The notes under the pieces: model-generated
The model's input: only the letters and a program-made list of their open reading frames with translations
What the model was told of the DNA's origin: nothing
The model's database searches: none
Assembly: GCA_044226015.1 (NCBI GenBank)
Contig: JBGAHS010000006.1
Coordinates: forward strand, 512,001-576,000
Reading direction: 5' to 3'
Source: Candidatus Obscuribacteraceae bacterium
GTDB taxonomy: Bacteria > Cyanobacteriota > Vampirovibrionia > Obscuribacterales > Obscuribacteraceae
Length of the DNA: 64,000 nucleotides
Shown here: positions 60,446 through 64,000 of the stretch, piece by piece
Numbering within the stretch: position 1 is the first letter of the stretch
Layout: each line of letters starts with the position of its first letter
Position numbers and translations under genes: made by a program

Positions 60446-60991
60446 ATGCAAAAAACAATAGTCATTACAGGAGCAGGTAGAGACAGAGTCGGCATCGTCG
60501 CTGACCTGACCAATTTTCTTTACAAGCTCGGTTGCAACCTTTTGGACTCCAGCATGACGTTGCTAAGAGGAGAATTCGCTCTGATTTTAATGACGACTCT
60601 TCCTGATGGCATGACAGTAGCAGACATTCAGGGAAGACTTTCCGAACTCCAACAGAAACTCTCCTTGAGTTTTTCGGTGCGTGAACTTTCTCCTGAAGAA
60701 ATCGCCGAGCAAGAGGATGAACATTTTCACTACATCATTTCTGTTTATGGTGCTGACAAGCCTGGTATCGTAGCTGGTATCACAAATGAATTGGCAGAAC
60801 TTGGACTCAATATTACTGACGTTCAAACAAAATCAGTACGGCAGACGGCTGGAGAAATCTACGTCATGATGCTTGAGTTGAGTTCAAAAACAGAAATAGA
60901 CTCAGATGAGTTGCAGGAAAAGCTAGGTTCTTTTGCAAAAGCGCTTGGAGTCGATGTAAGCGTGCGAGAAATCGAGATTATGGAGCTGTAA
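60446..60991 (+). CDS. Tandem ACT domain protein (GcvR-like)
   Basis: G.DRVGIVA...GCNLLDS and GADKPGIVA...GLNITD. Confidence 0.88.
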   Translation: MQKTIVITGAGRDRVGIVADLTNFLYKLGCNLLDSSMTLLRGEFALILMTTLPDGMTVADIQGRLSELQQKLSLSFSVRELSPEEIAEQEDEHFHYIISVYGADKPGIVAGITNELAELGLNITDVQTKSVRQTAGEIYVMMLELSSKTEIDSDELQEKLGSFAKALGVDVSVREIEIMEL

Positions 60992-60992
60992 G

Positions 60993-61493
60993 ATGGCGCT
61001 CAGGGAGATTCTTACTTATCCAAATCCTATACTCAAACAAGTATCAGAAGCCGTTTCTCAAATCGATGAGAGTCTGGGCAACGATCTAAAAGACCTGGAA
61101 GAGACGCTTGATGCCTCGCCTGGCTGCGTCGGTATTGCGGCCCCGCAGATAGGTGTTATGTTTCGTGTCGTGATAATCGACGCATCTAGAAATAGAAAGC
61201 CAGTCGCAAACCATGGCAGACTCTGGCTTATCAACCCGAAAATCACAAAAACTGAAGGTGCCGTAACTGGAAGGGAAGGCTGTCTAAGCTTGCCACATCT
61301 TACTGCTAATGTAAGCAGAGCCGAAAAAATCACGGTGGAATTTACCAACAAAGAAGGACAAGAGCAAACCATTGAGACAAGTGACTTTGAAGCAAGAGTA
61401 ATTCAGCACGAGATGGATCATCTCGACGGACTACTTTTTCTCGATCGAGTCAGCTCACTTAAAACAGATGTCTTCAGACGAAAGCGCTACTAA
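60993..61493 (+). CDS. def: Peptide deformylase
   Basis: GIAAPQIG, EGCLS, QHEMDHLDG. Confidence 0.96.
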   Translation: MALREILTYPNPILKQVSEAVSQIDESLGNDLKDLEETLDASPGCVGIAAPQIGVMFRVVIIDASRNRKPVANHGRLWLINPKITKTEGAVTGREGCLSLPHLTANVSRAEKITVEFTNKEGQEQTIETSDFEARVIQHEMDHLDGLLFLDRVSSLKTDVFRRKRY

Positions 61494-61518
61494 CTGATAA
61501 AACTCGGAAGGAAACTAA

Positions 61519-62202
61519 ATGAAGAGAAGCAGAATTAACAGGCTGGTTGAAGAAGCCATCGAGTTTTTTGATAAAAGTCAACTCAAACTTCCAGCGTGGG
61601 CAACCTGGACCTGCGAACAATGGAATGAACATCTCGGCGCCGACAGCAAAGAAGTTCGAACTCATGGAATGGGCTGGAATGTCACCGATTTCGGTTCTGG
61701 CGATTTTGAAAAAAACGGTCTGATTTTGTTCATTTTGAGAAACGGTTTGCTTTTGGACGGCAAAGCACAGGACACGAAAACATACGCTGAGAAGGCAATG
61801 ATGGTGCGTCCTGGACAAATTACACCCTGGCATTTCCACTGGATGAAAACTGAAGACCTGATCAACCGAGGCGGTGGCAGGCTTGAAGTTGAACTGGGTT
61901 GGGCTGCCGAAGACGAAAAGAGTATTTCATCAAGGGAAGTAATCGTTCAGGTTGATGGAATTTCCCGAAAGATTCCGGCTGGCGGAAAAATCATTCTTGA
62001 ACCCGGGGAGAGCGTCACTCTGCCGCCACTCCTCTGTCACCAGTTCTGTGGCAAAGTCGGTGATTCAAAAATTTGCGTGGGTGAGGTCAGCAGTCTTAAT
62101 GACGACGGTACCGACAACTGTTTCATTTACGGCATCAAACCTAGCCAGATAGAAGAAGACGAACCGAAGAAATATTGGCTCTGCATGGAGTATCCACAAT
62201 AA
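61519..62202 (+). CDS. D-lyxose/D-mannose family sugar isomerase
   Basis: MKRSRIN, GW.VTDFG, YAEK, P.HFHW.K.ED.INRGGG, GEVSS.NDD..DN. Confidence 0.9.
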   Translation: MKRSRINRLVEEAIEFFDKSQLKLPAWATWTCEQWNEHLGADSKEVRTHGMGWNVTDFGSGDFEKNGLILFILRNGLLLDGKAQDTKTYAEKAMMVRPGQITPWHFHWMKTEDLINRGGGRLEVELGWAAEDEKSISSREVIVQVDGISRKIPAGGKIILEPGESVTLPPLLCHQFCGKVGDSKICVGEVSSLNDDGTDNCFIYGIKPSQIEEDEPKKYWLCMEYPQ

Positions 62203-62362
62203 GCTTCTTAACGTTGGCAATACTGCAAAAGAAGTCCTGTAAACAGTCCTGAAATCTTACGTTGATATCTGCTCACTTTCGCAAACAAGTAAAGGAGCAA
62301 TATAGTAAGATCAGCTCCCGATATAGATTCGATAGTGGAAGCAATGCCACAAGGAGCTTCAC

Positions 62363-63721
62363 GTGATCACAGCCAGTCCGGAAAAAACCAAAACAAGCGT
62401 CAATTTGAACAAAGCTCCTGACTGGATTCGTTACTTGTATTGCGATCTCTCCGGCGTCATTCGCGGAAAAGCGGCTTACAAATACGCAAACACCAAGAAG
62501 AAACTGATGGATGGTGCAGCCGTCAGCCGCGGCATTCTAGCTCTCAACTTTGCTGACGAAATGCAAAGTCACAACGAATTTGGCGCCGTGGGCGACCTAA
62601 TGCTGAAGCCAGACAATGACCGTTATATCAATGTTACTTACCCAAGCAACACTGGTGTGCTTCTATGCGACCTCGAAGAGGAAGACGGAGCCGATTACGA
62701 ATGTTGCCCCCGAACAATTCTCAAACGACAGATTGAAAAAGCCAAAAACCTTGGGCTTTATTTCGAAGCAGCCTTTGAACCAGAATTTTACCTGTACAGA
62801 CGCGACCAATACGACCACATTGTGCCAATTGACCGCGCACGTGCTTTTTCGTCGCAAAGCATGAACGAAGCGGCACAGTTCATTGATTGTTTCGCCAAAG
62901 CTCTTAGCGATGCTGGAATGATTGTCGAGCAATACAATGCCGAACACGGACAGGGACAGCATGAGTTGAGCGTGCGTCACACAGAGGCTCTAAGTTCTGC
63001 TGATAATCATTTGCTCTACCGCGAAATTCTGCGCAGTCAGGCTTCAGCCCTGGGCATCATTGCCTCAATGGCACCAAAACCTTCAATGGGTTCTGCTGGA
63101 AGCGGCTGCCACGTGCATCTTTCAGCCTGGCACTCAGCCAGTAAGACCAATGCTTTTGTTGAAAAGGGCGAATTGAGCAAGCTGGCAAAGAGTTTCATCG
63201 CAGGCGTCTTGAACCATCTCCCCGCAATCGTTGCATTCGGATGCTCCTCTGTTAATTCTTTTGACCGCATTCAACCGCAGAGTGCTTCATCTGCATACAC
63301 CTGCTGGGGTTTGCGGAACAGGGAAGCCGCCATACGCGTTCCCCCACCCGTGGACAAGGACGCAGGCGCATCCACCAATCTCGAACTCAGGTTCGTGGAC
63401 AACAGTTGCAACCCCCACCTCATTCTTGCAGCTCTAATAGCTGCTGGGCTTGAGGGAATTCAGGAAAATCATGTTCCGCCAGAGCCGATCGATTGCGACC
63501 CATCCCATCTTGACCCTCAGACCATGGAAGAGTTGCAGATATATCCTCTACCGGCTAGCTTGATGGATGCAGCACTAGCTCTTGAGCATGATGGGTTCAT
63601 GCGGCAGGTTTTTGGAGATAAATTCCTTCAACTTTACTGCACTCTCAAGAAGTCAGAGCACGACCATTTCTCCTCTATGTCCTTTGACGAACGAGTAGAG
63701 CACCATCTCACGGCATTCTGA
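62363..63721 (+). CDS. Glutamine synthetase family protein (gamma-glutamyl ligase-like)
   Basis: D..G..RGK, CPR..L, E.EFYL, GQHE, GSG.HVH.S, NREAAIRVP, ELR..D...NP. Confidence 0.9.
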   Translation: MITASPEKTKTSVNLNKAPDWIRYLYCDLSGVIRGKAAYKYANTKKKLMDGAAVSRGILALNFADEMQSHNEFGAVGDLMLKPDNDRYINVTYPSNTGVLLCDLEEEDGADYECCPRTILKRQIEKAKNLGLYFEAAFEPEFYLYRRDQYDHIVPIDRARAFSSQSMNEAAQFIDCFAKALSDAGMIVEQYNAEHGQGQHELSVRHTEALSSADNHLLYREILRSQASALGIIASMAPKPSMGSAGSGCHVHLSAWHSASKTNAFVEKGELSKLAKSFIAGVLNHLPAIVAFGCSSVNSFDRIQPQSASSAYTCWGLRNREAAIRVPPPVDKDAGASTNLELRFVDNSCNPHLILAALIAAGLEGIQENHVPPEPIDCDPSHLDPQTMEELQIYPLPASLMDAALALEHDGFMRQVFGDKFLQLYCTLKKSEHDHFSSMSFDERVEHHLTAF

Positions 63722-63880
63722 TATCTGATGCATATTTGCTGGACTAAATTTTGTCACAGACTTGTGTTGTCAGTATAAATTGCTAATGTCTGCTGGATGC
63801 TCCGCGTGTTACATTTCCTCGCTACTTGCCCGGTAATCGACAGCGCAAGTTCGGAAACCTATTGACGGAAAAGCATTCAG

Positions 63881-64000
63881 ATGAGCCTGGAAATCGCAAA
63901 CTTCGAATTCGAAGGTCCATTGGTCAACCGCAAGGGTGTCAGAAAACAACCAGGACTGTACGCGATTTTGTCTTTTGCTAACCAGCAATATGAACTCGTC
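63881..64000 (+). CDS. 5' end of a CDS truncated by the window edge (possibly GIY-YIG-like)
   Basis: MSLEIANFEFEGPL...PGLYAIL, open to the end of the window. Confidence 0.5.
   Translation, partial: MSLEIANFEFEGPLVNRKGVRKQPGLYAILSFANQQYELV

Overview
A mostly housekeeping bacterial chromosome segment. Gene content (crtE next to DUF212, GHL10 hydrolase, Ser/Thr kinase-TPR fusion, tandem TonB-C proteins, MshEN-repeat protein) suggests a non-photosynthetic cyanobacterial relative such as Obscuribacterales/Melainabacteria; this is inference only. Recognisable genes include dcp, hrpB, a Fur/Zur regulator, dps, nnr, two S66 LD-carboxypeptidase homologues, crtE, smpB, rpsL-rpsG-fusA, def and a glnA-like gene. 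The main accessory region is a ~4.2 kb element at 20488-24740, integrated at the 3' end of tRNA-Val(TAC). It carries a doubly frameshifted tyrosine integrase, 48-bp att repeats and 28-bp arm-like repeats. It also carries an intact DUF3800 gene facing an unannotated ~140-nt structured RNA with its own promoter and terminator, which is the best candidate for an undescribed protein-RNA system. Other oddities: an atypical tRNA-Glu/Asp/His mini-operon preceded by a 41-aa Glu/His/Asp-rich ORF, a 15/16-bp tandem repeat array, an S66 paralogue lacking its catalytic triad, and a str operon without tuf. All calls come from reading the sequence and motifs; no searches were run.
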